Shown piece by piece: positions 30,910-40,301 of a stretch of DNA of 64,000 nt (position 1 is the first letter of the stretch; the number at the start of each line of letters is the position of its first letter). Origin of the DNA: Bdellovibrio sp. (GTDB taxonomy: Bacteria > Bdellovibrionota > Bdellovibrionia > Bdellovibrionales > Bdellovibrionaceae); contig JAKFBS010000004.1 in assembly GCA_036677065.1 (NCBI GenBank), forward strand, positions 128,001-192,000. The letters run 5' to 3'. The notes below the pieces were generated by a model. That model did no database searches. It saw only the letters and a program-made list of their open reading frames with translations, and was not told the DNA's origin. Made by a program: the position numbers and the translations under genes.

Positions 30910-31086
30910 ATGTCATTAAATAAAGCTTTAGAAGATTTAAAATTTGATAAAAGATTAACTGAATTAAACATCCGTTTAGGTCGTATCACTCAAGAAGAAG
31001 TTGATAAACAAAATGCAGCGTTAGAAGATCTTGAATCACAAGTTGAAAAACTTGATCTTGATTCTGAAAAAGCTGAGATCAACTAG
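30910..31086 (+). CDS. Small 58-aa hypothetical protein, not in the ORF track
   Basis: SD GGAGG; translates as MSLNKALEDLKFDKRLTELNIRLGRITQEEVDKQNAALEDLESQVEKLDLDSEKAEIN and fills the gap. Confidence 0.8.
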   Translation: MSLNKALEDLKFDKRLTELNIRLGRITQEEVDKQNAALEDLESQVEKLDLDSEKAEIN

Positions 31087-31106
31087 TTCGTACTAATCCT
31101 CATTTT

Positions 31107-31748
31107 ATGGCTCAGCAACAACCAATAGATATTTACTGTATGGCTAATCAAGACCGCAGTGATCGCGTTCGTTGGCTGATTGAAGAGCTCGGTCTTGAAT
31201 ACCGTGATCATTATTTGAAAAGAAAAAATGGTGATCTGAATTCGCCACGCTATTTGGCACTTAATCCCACAGGCAGAGTTCCCACGATCGTAGATAACGG
31301 AAAAGTGATCTACGAATCAGGAGCTATTTGTCTTTTTTTAGCCGACAAGTATCGTTCTGTTAAAGCATTAGCTCCGGCTTTTGATGCTGAAGAGCGTGCT
31401 GAGTATTTGCAGTGGATGGTGTGGTCGGTGGCAAGTCTTGAATGTGTTATTGCTCGAATGTTCACACATGTAAGTACAGACCGCGAAAAAGAAGAAACGC
31501 ACGCCTTTGTAAAAAAACAATGTGAGATTTTTGAACGTGCTCTTAATCCCATTTTAGAAAAACAAGACTATATTTTAAAATCAGGATTTTCTGCGGCAGA
31601 TATTATGTTGGCAGCAGTTATTCCGGGAGCTTGGGAATACCTCGTAGAACCAAATCCGGCAATCAAAGTTTATATGAATAGGCTGATGCAAAGAGCGGCT
31701 GCAGTGAAGACCCACGTTTTTGAAGTTCCCGATATGTCAGGTCATTAA
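31107..31748 (+). CDS. Glutathione S-transferase family protein
   Basis: RVRWLIEELG, LNPTGRVP, ESGAI and FSAADI. Confidence 0.9.
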   Translation: MAQQQPIDIYCMANQDRSDRVRWLIEELGLEYRDHYLKRKNGDLNSPRYLALNPTGRVPTIVDNGKVIYESGAICLFLADKYRSVKALAPAFDAEERAEYLQWMVWSVASLECVIARMFTHVSTDREKEETHAFVKKQCEIFERALNPILEKQDYILKSGFSAADIMLAAVIPGAWEYLVEPNPAIKVYMNRLMQRAAAVKTHVFEVPDMSGH

Positions 31749-31750
31749 TT

Positions 31751-32875
31751 ATGCCTGCAGTTAAAAAAAAAGATAATCCAGATGCCTTCAAACATTGGTT
31801 CAATGAAGCCTTAGTCACACGCATTTCAAATAGTCTTAAAAAAGCCTATCCGGCGTTTAATACGAGGAGTTTTTTAAAGGTCGTACCAAAGCTTGCAGCT
31901 TTAGAAATGAAGCCACGGGTGCATTTCATTCGCGATGCGATGTTTGCTGAACTTCCGCAAGATTATCTTAAAGCGCTTAGTATTTTATTAAAATCTGCTG
32001 AAGTCGGAAATCTTAAAGGATTTGAGCTTTGGCCTTACACTGAATTTATCCAGCATCACGGAATCAAGCATGTCGATGAATCGCTTGAGGCTTTATATAT
32101 ACTTACATCAAAGTTCACAGCTGAATTTGCGGTGCGTCCTTTTTTGGTCGAACACCCGAAAAAAACTTTCGCCCGTTTAAAAAAATGGGCTGGTGATGAG
32201 AATGAACATGTGCGCCGCTGGGCCAGTGAAGGTACGCGGCCGCGTCTGCCATGGGGCATGAAACTGCATGCTTCAATTGTTGACCCTAAGCCTGGTTTAG
32301 AAATCTTAGAAAAACTTAAATTCGACGATTCGTTATACGTCAGAAAAAGTATCGCGAATCATTTAAATGATATTACTAAAGATCATCCTGATCTTGTGAT
32401 TGCAACGTTGAAGGCTTGGCAGAAAAAAGTGACAGCCAAAGATAAAGCCAAACTTGAATGGATTCAGAAACAAGCACTGCGCACGTTAATCAAAAAAGGT
32501 TATAAGCCAGCTCTTGATGTCATGGGCTTTGGCGCTAAGGCCGAGATTAAGCTTGGCGAACTAAAATTGAATAAGAAAAAATTCAGTGAAAAAGATATTT
32601 TAGTTTTTGAATTAGATTTGATTTCAAACAGCGCGAAGCCGCAGGTGTTAGCGATCGATTATATTATTCATTATCAAAAGGCGAACCAAAAAAGTTCAGC
32701 CAAAGTATTTAAACTTAAAGTTTTTGAATTGAAGCCTAAAGAAGCTTTTACGTTAAAGAAAAATCATTCGTTAAAGCCGGTGACCACGCGTAAGCACTAT
32801 GCTGGCTTACATCGCTTAGAGATTCAGGTGAACGGTAAAGTGCTGGCTGCGGCAGACTGGCAGCTGACTTTATAG
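31751..32875 (+). CDS. DNA alkylation repair protein (AlkC-like HEAT glycosylase with C-terminal Ig-like domain)
   Basis: FTAEFAVRPF, HVRRWASEGTRPRLPW, YVRKSIANHLND and TTRKHYAG. Confidence 0.88.
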   Translation: MPAVKKKDNPDAFKHWFNEALVTRISNSLKKAYPAFNTRSFLKVVPKLAALEMKPRVHFIRDAMFAELPQDYLKALSILLKSAEVGNLKGFELWPYTEFIQHHGIKHVDESLEALYILTSKFTAEFAVRPFLVEHPKKTFARLKKWAGDENEHVRRWASEGTRPRLPWGMKLHASIVDPKPGLEILEKLKFDDSLYVRKSIANHLNDITKDHPDLVIATLKAWQKKVTAKDKAKLEWIQKQALRTLIKKGYKPALDVMGFGAKAEIKLGELKLNKKKFSEKDILVFELDLISNSAKPQVLAIDYIIHYQKANQKSSAKVFKLKVFELKPKEAFTLKKNHSLKPVTTRKHYAGLHRLEIQVNGKVLAAADWQLTL

Positions 32876-33811
32876 TTTAGACCATTCTTCGCGTAAGATT
32901 TTCAGGTCATCGCCATTTTCAATCACATATAAAGTTTTGATGCCTTTATCCTGATGCTTATCAGATGAATAGTTCTGCACGAATTTAATTAAGTATTGGT
33001 TTTTTGTGTGAAAGATACTGGGTTTAGAAAAATCAATCGTGATCGTTGTGTAAATGCTTTTAAGTTTTTCTTTGTGTTTAAGCCATGATTTTTTGTTAAA
33101 GCTAGGCGCAGAAAAATCATCAGAATACATTTTGCTGTAATTTTCTAAATCTTGTTTTTGCCAGTGGTCTTTCCAAGTTTTTAACCAAGCTATTACTTTG
33201 TTTTTCTTAGCGGTGTGAACGTTACTGTCAACCCAGTCAGTTTTGGCATTAATAATAAGATGACTTTTATTTAATGAAATTAAATCTGATAATTTTTGAA
33301 TATTGTCATTTCGTAAAACAACACAACCTTTTGAACCACGGTTTAGCGGAACTTTATCCGGAACAGAATGTAGCCAAATGCCATCACCGGTTTTGTTTTC
33401 AAATTTATCAAAGACGTTCGGGTAATCGGTAGTAAATGCAAGGGATCCGTACTGATCAAACGGAATTTCTGGTTGAGTCATCTTTTTTTGTAAAAGATAG
33501 ATTCCTTCAGGCGTTTTTTTATCATTACGTTTGGTTTTTGGGCCGTCTTTTTTGCCGATATCGATTTCATAAGATAGGGGAGCTGTTAGAGATTCTTCAG
33601 ATTCAAAAAAGTATAACTTACGTTCGGTCTTATCAGCGATCATGATCGATGACTTGATTTCTGGATCATCAGAGATCTGCAGAATTTCATTTGGAAGTTT
33701 AATGGTTTGTGAAGTTATAGCCTCTTGGGCAAAGGTGACAGTTGGCCTTACTTGAAGAAGTAAAACAAAGATCAGAGCGTTTAAAATTGGCGAAAAACTG
33801 CACATTTTCAT
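32870..33811 (-). CDS. L,D-transpeptidase/carboxypeptidase with C-terminal NTF2-like domain (Csd6/Bd1075-like)
   Basis: DKKTPEGIY, DYPN, GIWLH...SKGCV; C-terminal W...W...DL..Y..MYS.DF...F.QNY.S...D.GIKTLY...KILREEW. Start uncertain. Confidence 0.85.
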   Translation of the reverse strand: MKMCSFSPILNALIFVLLLQVRPTVTFAQEAITSQTIKLPNEILQISDDPEIKSSIMIADKTERKLYFFESEESLTAPLSYEIDIGKKDGPKTKRNDKKTPEGIYLLQKKMTQPEIPFDQYGSLAFTTDYPNVFDKFENKTGDGIWLHSVPDKVPLNRGSKGCVVLRNDNIQKLSDLISLNKSHLIINAKTDWVDSNVHTAKKNKVIAWLKTWKDHWQKQDLENYSKMYSDDFSAPSFNKKSWLKHKEKLKSIYTTITIDFSKPSIFHTKNQYLIKFVQNYSSDKHQDKGIKTLYVIENGDDLKILREEWSKL

Positions 33812-33914
33812 TCGTAAAATTATTATCGTCCTAATCTGATACATCTGACAACTCATGGGGTGTGGTATTAAGACTTAGGATAACATTTTTTTAACAATTT
33901 TCAAATCTTTGGTC

Positions 33915-33941
33915 TTAAGACCTAGGTTTAGCTCTCCGATA
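33915..33941 (+). promoter_or_regulatory. Sigma28/FliA-like promoter of fliL
   Basis: TTAAG (33915-19), N16, CCGATA (33936-41), 8 nt before the ATG. Confidence 0.7.
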
Positions 33942-33949
33942 TAGTCACT

Positions 33950-34426
33950 ATGAAACAGAAGCTGCAACTTATTCTAAATAGTCTTTTAGTTATATTGAAC
34001 ATGTGTGGATTAGGAACAGGTGCCTATTGGGTTTATGCATCAACCTTAGGTTACGAATCACCATATATCGTTGAAGAGACTTTAAGAAAGCCTGCAAGCT
34101 TGCCAGAGATGGTTGAAAAGGGCATGAACGTCTACACGATGGATAAATTCTTAGTGAACTTATCAGGCCAGCCGCAACGCCAAATTTTATTACAAGTTAA
34201 TCTGGATATGTTAAATGCGCAGTCTTTTACAGAAATTATGGATTCAGATAAAACAGCTCGCGCGCGTGATAGTATTATTCGCTTATTAAATGATAAATCG
34301 TATTCAGATATTGAAACAATTCAGGGTAAATTATTTTTAAAGGATAGGATCGTTGAAGAGGTAAACAAAGTCCTACGAGTAGGACTTGTTAAAGACGTTT
34401 ACTTTACGGACTTTGTGGTAAGATAA
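33950..34426 (+). CDS. fliL: Flagellar basal body-associated FliL family protein
   Basis: N-terminal TM; FLVNL, RDSIIRLL..KSY..I.TIQGK..LK..I and VKDVYFTDFVV. Confidence 0.9.
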   Translation: MKQKLQLILNSLLVILNMCGLGTGAYWVYASTLGYESPYIVEETLRKPASLPEMVEKGMNVYTMDKFLVNLSGQPQRQILLQVNLDMLNAQSFTEIMDSDKTARARDSIIRLLNDKSYSDIETIQGKLFLKDRIVEEVNKVLRVGLVKDVYFTDFVVR

Positions 34427-35018
34427 ATTTCACAGCTTTGTTGTTAACAATTTCATAAACATCGCCAGGGCCCAGGTAGGTTTCAATTTGAATTCCTACT
34501 TTTTTCTTTTCTTTAAGCTTCTCTGCGTGTTCGCCAATGGCTTTTAAAACATAAATCGCTACACCAGTCTCTTTTACAGGAGTGGTTCCGGAAGCCGTTT
34601 TCTCTGTTGCTGTTACAGTCACAGTATCTTTAAGGTTCGACCACTGTGAAAGTTTTAATACAGTCCATTTTTTTTCATTTTGTAAAATAGCGACTGCATA
34701 CTGATTTTTTGTGTCTGTACCCATTAACACGATGTCTTTTTTGCCATTACCGTCTAGATCATCGATAAAAGCCATTGGAACCTGGTTATCACCAAGATCT
34801 TTAAATAACTCGAGAACCGATTTAATGTAAGCATTGCGATTAAAAGGAATAAATTCTGGATTCCACTGCATCAAAGCCTTGAGCGCAACATTTGGCAATT
34901 TGATTTCAACGTCATCATTTTTGGTAGTGATCTCTAAAGAATTAGTTTCAGACTTTACGACCGGCAAGGCATTAGCGAGCGAAGCGAATAAAAGGCAAGA
35001 TATGATAATTTTGATCAT
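34404..35018 (-). CDS. Secreted hypothetical partner protein, copy 2 (FG-GAP-like DLDGNGKKD motif)
   Basis: Signal peptide; clear paralog of 35557..36162; 4-bp overlap with the upstream hydrolase. Confidence 0.75.
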   Translation of the reverse strand: MIKIIISCLLFASLANALPVVKSETNSLEITTKNDDVEIKLPNVALKALMQWNPEFIPFNRNAYIKSVLELFKDLGDNQVPMAFIDDLDGNGKKDIVLMGTDTKNQYAVAILQNEKKWTVLKLSQWSNLKDTVTVTATEKTASGTTPVKETGVAIYVLKAIGEHAEKLKEKKKVGIQIETYLGPGDVYEIVNNKAVKFILPQSP

Positions 35019-35560
35019 CGTGCTGATCCTCCGCCAGAAGATTTTTTTTGTTGTTGTGTGCCTGTGTTAGCTGCTGCACCTAAGTGTCTTGGACAAGTAT
35101 CACCGCGAGATACAGAAAAAACATGATTTCCGGCTCGGCCACATGAAGTCACGCGGCGCGACCAACCTGGAGTAACTTTGCGTGGATTATAAAAATAAAG
35201 AAGCCCATTAGCGCCTTCATCAATAGCTGTGTCGGCAGCGGCTTTACAGTCTTGAAGAGCCTGTATATCTTTGGGCTCTTTGGCGTTAATGTTGTTGCTG
35301 TAACTATCAGCTGTCCAACTAAATTGCGAAGGTTGGTAAACAACTCCGCAGACGGTATCGGGAAATTCATCAGATTGAGCTCGTGATAAAACTGTTTTTG
35401 CAACCGCGATCATGCCTACTTTGGGCTCGCCTCTAGTTTCGTGATAACAGTTGCAAACTAAGCAGTTATAAGACGATGAATTTGGCTTGCACGACATTGT
35501 TTCTGCAAATGCAGTTTGCGTTGCAAGCGATAAAAATAACGTGATTAGTATTTTATTCAT
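35015..35560 (-). CDS. SleB/Hydrolase_2 family cell wall hydrolase, copy 2
   Basis: Signal peptide; YHETRGEP..G.IAVA..VL.R....FP.TVCGVVYQPSQFSW...GA..FYNP...P.W...GNHVF. Confidence 0.88.
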   Translation of the reverse strand: MNKILITLFLSLATQTAFAETMSCKPNSSSYNCLVCNCYHETRGEPKVGMIAVAKTVLSRAQSDEFPDTVCGVVYQPSQFSWTADSYSNNINAKEPKDIQALQDCKAAADTAIDEGANGLLYFYNPRKVTPGWSRRVTSCGRAGNHVFSVSRGDTCPRHLGAAANTGTQQQKKSSGGGSAR

Positions 35561-36162
35561 AAAGTAAACCTAATAGCTTTATTATTATTGTTAATTTCAA
35601 AAACTTCGGCAGAACCCATGAAGTTTTCAATTTGAATACCGGCTTTTTTCTTTTCTTTAAGTTTTTCAGCATGTTCACCGATGGCTTTTAAAACATAAAA
35701 AGGAATTCCGGTTTCTGTTTGCGCAGTTCCTGAAACTGCGGCAAGCCCTGTTGGAACAATTGATTCTTTAATGTTTGCAATTGACCACTCAGAAACTTTG
35801 ATCAATGTCCATTTTTGGTCTTTTTGCAAAATCGCCACGACATATTGTTTTTTTAGATCGTTGCCAAGTAAAACGATGTCTTTTTTATCGTTACCATCTA
35901 AATCATCGATAAATGCCATAGGAACTTGGTTATCGCCAAGATCTTTAAATAATTCTAAGACTGATTTGCTGTAATCAGTCTTGTTGAATAATTTAAAATT
36001 CGGATTCCATTTTTCTAGCGCAAGCAGTGCAACTGTTGGTAATTGTACTTCGACATCATTATCTTTAGTTTTAATTTCTAAAGTATTTGTCTCAGATTTT
36101 ACAATTGTAGCTGCTTGCGAGAGAGCTGTTAATAATAAACAAAAAGTAAAAAGTTTAATCAT
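35557..36162 (-). CDS. Secreted hypothetical partner protein, copy 1 (FG-GAP-like motif)
   Basis: Signal peptide; DDLDGNDKKDIVL; 4-bp overlaps on both sides. Confidence 0.75.
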   Translation of the reverse strand: MIKLFTFCLLLTALSQAATIVKSETNTLEIKTKDNDVEVQLPTVALLALEKWNPNFKLFNKTDYSKSVLELFKDLGDNQVPMAFIDDLDGNDKKDIVLLGNDLKKQYVVAILQKDQKWTLIKVSEWSIANIKESIVPTGLAAVSGTAQTETGIPFYVLKAIGEHAEKLKEKKKAGIQIENFMGSAEVFEINNNNKAIRFTL

Positions 36163-36710
36163 CGAGTTCCTCCTTCAGATGAGCGTGGAGTTTCGGTTGG
36201 CTGGTTGCTACGACGTGTAGGACTGCTGCCCAGATTTTTAGGGCAAGTTTCGCCACGTGGTACTAAAAAAACATGGTGGCCGAGTTTGCCGCACGAAGTA
36301 ACACGTCTTGCCCAAGCGGGTGAAGCGACACGTGGGTTATAAAAATAAATAAGACCATTAGCGCCTTCGTCAATCGCCGTATCTGCGGCGTCTCTGCAGG
36401 CTTGAAGGCTTCGTCTGTCGATAGAATTTCTAGTTGAAATGCGGTTGCTGTAGCGATCGCGTGTCCAGCTGAATTGCCAAGGTTGGTAGACGACTTTACA
36501 CACAGTATTAGGATAGGATCTTGATTGGGCGCGCGAAAGAACTGTTTTAGCTACAGCGATTTTGCCTTCTTGAGGTTCGCCGCGTGATTCGTGATAACAG
36601 TTACAAACTAAGCAGTCATAAGAAGACTGGCGGGCATTACACGACATCGTTTCAGCTTGCGCGCTTAGACCGAACAAACTGAAAAGCAGAACAAATAATG
36701 TCTTTTGCAT
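36159..36710 (-). CDS. SleB/Hydrolase_2 family cell wall hydrolase, copy 1
   Basis: YHESRGEP, YPNTVCKVVYQPWQFSW, YFYNP and GHHVF. Start moved to ATG 36710, giving signal peptide MQKTLF...AQA. Confidence 0.88.
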   Translation of the reverse strand: MQKTLFVLLFSLFGLSAQAETMSCNARQSSYDCLVCNCYHESRGEPQEGKIAVAKTVLSRAQSRSYPNTVCKVVYQPWQFSWTRDRYSNRISTRNSIDRRSLQACRDAADTAIDEGANGLIYFYNPRVASPAWARRVTSCGKLGHHVFLVPRGETCPKNLGSSPTRRSNQPTETPRSSEGGTR

Positions 36711-36714
36711 CTTG

Positions 36715-37485
36715 CTAGCCGTTTTTCTTTTGGTACATCTTGATACCAACATAAGCTAAAATGACCAATAAAAGTAAGCCGCCACCTAAGACCATATCAT
36801 TTTGTAATAAGCCTTTTTTCTCTTCGCCACCAGTGCCATCATCGTCAGCGGCTAATAGATCACCTGGCATGGCTTGGCCGATACCCGCACCTAAAACTTC
36901 ATTAGAACCACGAAGTGGTCCAAGACCCGGTTGCGATAATAAATCTTTAGTCGCGATAACGCGTAATGAGCGCACTGTATCCATAAAGTGAGCTCTGTGT
37001 TTTGCATAATACTTATTATGAACCGAAAATGTAATTAAGATCGCAATTTGATCCTTAATCGTCGCTAAATACCGAGTGAAATAATTTTGCACTTCAGAAT
37101 TTGCATGCAGACCATCTAACCATTTTTGATCATTAATCATTTCTTCACGGGGCGGCATGGTCACTGTCGACTGGGCAGTTCCGCCAGTGCGTAGGTTTAA
37201 CATCATTGGTTTAGTCATGTGATCCATATAAATAGGAAAGTTATCTGTCGGGCCTTTTTCTTTAGCCGTTAAGATAATGACGGCTTCTTTAGATTCTTGC
37301 GGATCTTCGGCGCGGCACACCCATTCGGTTTGCTCTAATTTACATTTCCATGTGTCTAACATTTCAAAAGAGATATAAGCATTTTTAAAAGTTCTGGCTT
37401 CAGACATTGAACCGATCAGAAAAAAAACTAACGGTAGGAGTCTAAAAGTATATGATCTCATGTTGCCTCGCTTGTTGGATTCCAT
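36715..37485 (-). CDS. Hypothetical exported protein with C-terminal membrane anchor
   Basis: Signal peptide; C-terminal TM followed by a basic tail. Confidence 0.75.
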   Translation of the reverse strand: MESNKRGNMRSYTFRLLPLVFFLIGSMSEARTFKNAYISFEMLDTWKCKLEQTEWVCRAEDPQESKEAVIILTAKEKGPTDNFPIYMDHMTKPMMLNLRTGGTAQSTVTMPPREEMINDQKWLDGLHANSEVQNYFTRYLATIKDQIAILITFSVHNKYYAKHRAHFMDTVRSLRVIATKDLLSQPGLGPLRGSNEVLGAGIGQAMPGDLLAADDDGTGGEEKKGLLQNDMVLGGGLLLLVILAYVGIKMYQKKNG

Positions 37486-37564
37486 CTACAATAGTTGATG
37501 AGTTAATATTGTAACTAACTTTTGGTTAGCTATCAAATCGGTTCGGCATCGAACGGGGTAATTT

Positions 37565-38461
37565 ATGTTAAATCTTTCGCAACTCCAGACCTTTGTCATG
37601 GTCGTATCTGAAGGCAGCATGACAGCTGCCGCAGACAAACTGTTTTTGACCCAGCCTGCAGTAAGTCAGCAGATGAAAAATCTAGAAGACGAACTTGGGG
37701 TTGAGCTAGTTGTGCGTGGATCAAAATCGATCAAAACTACGGCGCAAGGCGAAGTGCTTTATGAGCACGCTAAAAAAATCTTAAACTTGGTGCAAGCGGC
37801 CGAAATTTCGATCAAATCTGTTGGAGCGCAATTGCGTGGTCAATTACGCATCGGAACTCTAAATACGATTGGTCTGCATTTAATGAGCCCAGTGGTGAGC
37901 CGGCTACTAAAATTTAATCCTGATTTTAAAATCAAAGTGGATTACGCCAAAGGCGAAGATTTAATCGCAGCCTATGAAAAAGGTGATTTAGATGTCGTAG
38001 TACTTCCTGAAATGGAAAAAAACTACGGTAAAAAATTTAAAGACACAGCTTCACATGTTTTATTAAAAGAAGAGATGTGGTTAGTGGGTTCTGGTAAAGA
38101 TGAATTTTACCCACCCACAGTAAGTATGAAAGACATTGCAAAAATTCCGTATGTGCATTTTGCCAATGAATTTCCACACTTTGATAAGATGTTAGCCGAA
38201 AAAATAGGAACAGTGCCTGCAGTATTTGAATCATCAAACGTGGGGACGTTAAAACGTGTCATCGAAAACGGATTGGGAATAGGGTTTTTGCCAGCCCATT
38301 CGGTTAAAAAACAAATCCGCGGTGGCCGTTTAAATAAAATTCAAACTTTAGATTTCGAATATAAAACTGAATTCATCTATTACCGTCGTGAAAAAGGACC
38401 TTCAGCAAAAACAGCGGAGATTCTATTTCAAGCTATGACTGGCGATGCGGAGCGCAGCTAG
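37565..38461 (+). CDS. LysR family transcriptional regulator
   Basis: GSMTAAADKLFLTQPAVSQQMKNLE HTH followed by a substrate-binding domain. Confidence 0.93.
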   Translation: MLNLSQLQTFVMVVSEGSMTAAADKLFLTQPAVSQQMKNLEDELGVELVVRGSKSIKTTAQGEVLYEHAKKILNLVQAAEISIKSVGAQLRGQLRIGTLNTIGLHLMSPVVSRLLKFNPDFKIKVDYAKGEDLIAAYEKGDLDVVVLPEMEKNYGKKFKDTASHVLLKEEMWLVGSGKDEFYPPTVSMKDIAKIPYVHFANEFPHFDKMLAEKIGTVPAVFESSNVGTLKRVIENGLGIGFLPAHSVKKQIRGGRLNKIQTLDFEYKTEFIYYRREKGPSAKTAEILFQAMTGDAERS

Positions 38462-38877
38462 TGAAGAATCAGCTGATTTTTCCAATGGCATTTTACGCGT
38501 TTTATATATTCGGGATTGCAGTGTTTTTATTTCGCACACGTGTAAGAGCATTGAAAAACCGTGAAGTCTCAATGAAGTACTATAAGACGTATAATGATAC
38601 TCCGCCGCCAGAATATTCAAGAATTGCCGAACGTCATTACGAAAATCAATTCGAAGTGCCAATGTTATTTTTCGCCACGGGTGTCATGCAGTTTTCACTG
38701 GGCCTGGTAAATGAATTAACCATCGGCTTAATGTGGGCCTTCGTGATCAGCCGTTTATTACACAGCTACATTCATTTAGGCAGTAACAACATTAAATTGA
38801 GAATGCCATTCTTCACAGTAGGTTGGTTTGCGATTCTAGCGCTATGGGCGCAAATGGTTTACTTCGTCTGTCAGTAA
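38461..38877 (+). CDS. MAPEG family membrane protein
   Basis: NQFEVPMLF and FVISRLLHSYIH. Confidence 0.85.
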   Translation: MKNQLIFPMAFYAFYIFGIAVFLFRTRVRALKNREVSMKYYKTYNDTPPPEYSRIAERHYENQFEVPMLFFATGVMQFSLGLVNELTIGLMWAFVISRLLHSYIHLGSNNIKLRMPFFTVGWFAILALWAQMVYFVCQ

Positions 38878-38949
38878 AAATACTGCGAAGGTGTCTTGAG
38901 CCGCAAGTTGACCGTTGGTACGGTGCTCCCCAAAAAGGTACGGCCTACC

Positions 38950-39792
38950 TTAGAATAACACTGAATCAGGTAGCCCCATGCGGGCTGCGATTAAGCGTAC
39001 AATTTCACTTGCGGTTTCTTCAAGTGCGCGTTCGGTGACGTTGAAGACTGGCCAGCGTTTATTTTGTTTAAATAAATTTTCGGCGTATTCGATTTCTTTT
39101 AAAATCTGTTGTGAAGAGGCGTAATCGCCACCTGTGTCTTGGCCGAATTTTTCTAATCTGTTTTTACGAATTCGTTGAAGTGAATCAATATCGATAATTA
39201 AGCCAACGACTTTACGCTGATCAATTTCAAAAAGCTGTTTCGGAACCGGTGAGCCGGGAACCAACGGAATGTTTGCTACTTTCCAGCCTTTGTGGCTTAG
39301 AAAAATAGATAACGGTGTTTTGCTTGTTCTGCTAATACCGACAAGCACAATGTCGGCTTTATCTAACTCGGTAGAAATTTTACCGTCGTCATTTCTAACG
39401 GTGTATTCAATCGCTTCGATGCGTTTGTAATAATGATCGTTGGTTTGACGTAATAATCCTGTTTGGCTGGCTGAAGCCACCCCGAAAAAATCATCTAGTG
39501 TTACGATCAGCGGACCCAGTAAATCAACTGCGGGAATTGATTTTTCTATGCACGTTTCTGCAATTTTTTTTCTGATTAAAGGAGAAGCGAAAGTGTAAGC
39601 GATCATGCCGCGTTTTTCGAAACAATCATCGATCACGCGTAAAATTTGTTCTTCGGTACGCAGGTTTTTACAGCGGATAATATTAATTTCTTGTTCGGCG
39701 TACTGAACAAGTGCTGCGCGCACCATTGTTGCGGCTGTTTCGCCGGTACCATCAGATAAAATAAAAATCGTGTGAATGTTAGTTGTAGTCAT
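38950..39792 (-). CDS. PEP synthase/PPDK regulatory kinase-pyrophosphorylase (DUF299)
   Basis: LSDGTGETA, YYKRIEAIEY...DDG, GISRTSKTPLS and ALEETA. Confidence 0.92.
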   Translation of the reverse strand: MTTTNIHTIFILSDGTGETAATMVRAALVQYAEQEINIIRCKNLRTEEQILRVIDDCFEKRGMIAYTFASPLIRKKIAETCIEKSIPAVDLLGPLIVTLDDFFGVASASQTGLLRQTNDHYYKRIEAIEYTVRNDDGKISTELDKADIVLVGISRTSKTPLSIFLSHKGWKVANIPLVPGSPVPKQLFEIDQRKVVGLIIDIDSLQRIRKNRLEKFGQDTGGDYASSQQILKEIEYAENLFKQNKRWPVFNVTERALEETASEIVRLIAARMGLPDSVLF

Positions 39793-40279
39793 GCACTATT
39801 AAGGCTTGTCTCAAACTTTCGCAACGTAGTTGTAACCACGGTTCTGCTTGTTTTGTCATAAGCACAATATAGCGATTTTCTTCGACTCTGATCAATAAAC
39901 AAACCATCTTCGCCGCATCGGGAAGATGATTAAATCCGATTTTACGTAAAAATAACGAGGCGCGTGTTTTTAAAATATTAAACAAAGGTGCCTTCGGAAG
40001 TTTAAAATGAATTTTTGGTAATTTTTTATCGATGTTCTGGCCGTAGAAAAACATTTTCTGAATGTCGTTACCTTCGATTAATAAACCCATTTCAAAAAAT
40101 GCAGTTAAACGTGAAAAGAAAATTTCCCATTGTTTTTCGCCTGCGCAAAATTGAATTTGTTCCAACAGTTGTTGGTTCGGTTCAATTTGAAAATCCGTTG
40201 TGTGGGGAAAGTTAATCGCATCAAAATGCTCTTCGTGATCTAGAAATTTTTCGATTTTTGAAATGAAACTATTGGCCAT
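39779..40279 (-). CDS. Hypothetical protein
   Basis: 166-aa ORF in operon context, overlapping the downstream gene. Confidence 0.65.
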   Translation of the reverse strand: MANSFISKIEKFLDHEEHFDAINFPHTTDFQIEPNQQLLEQIQFCAGEKQWEIFFSRLTAFFEMGLLIEGNDIQKMFFYGQNIDKKLPKIHFKLPKAPLFNILKTRASLFLRKIGFNHLPDAAKMVCLLIRVEENRYIVLMTKQAEPWLQLRCESLRQALIVHDYN

Positions 40280-40301
40280 GATTCATCTTGAATGAATAAG
40301 T

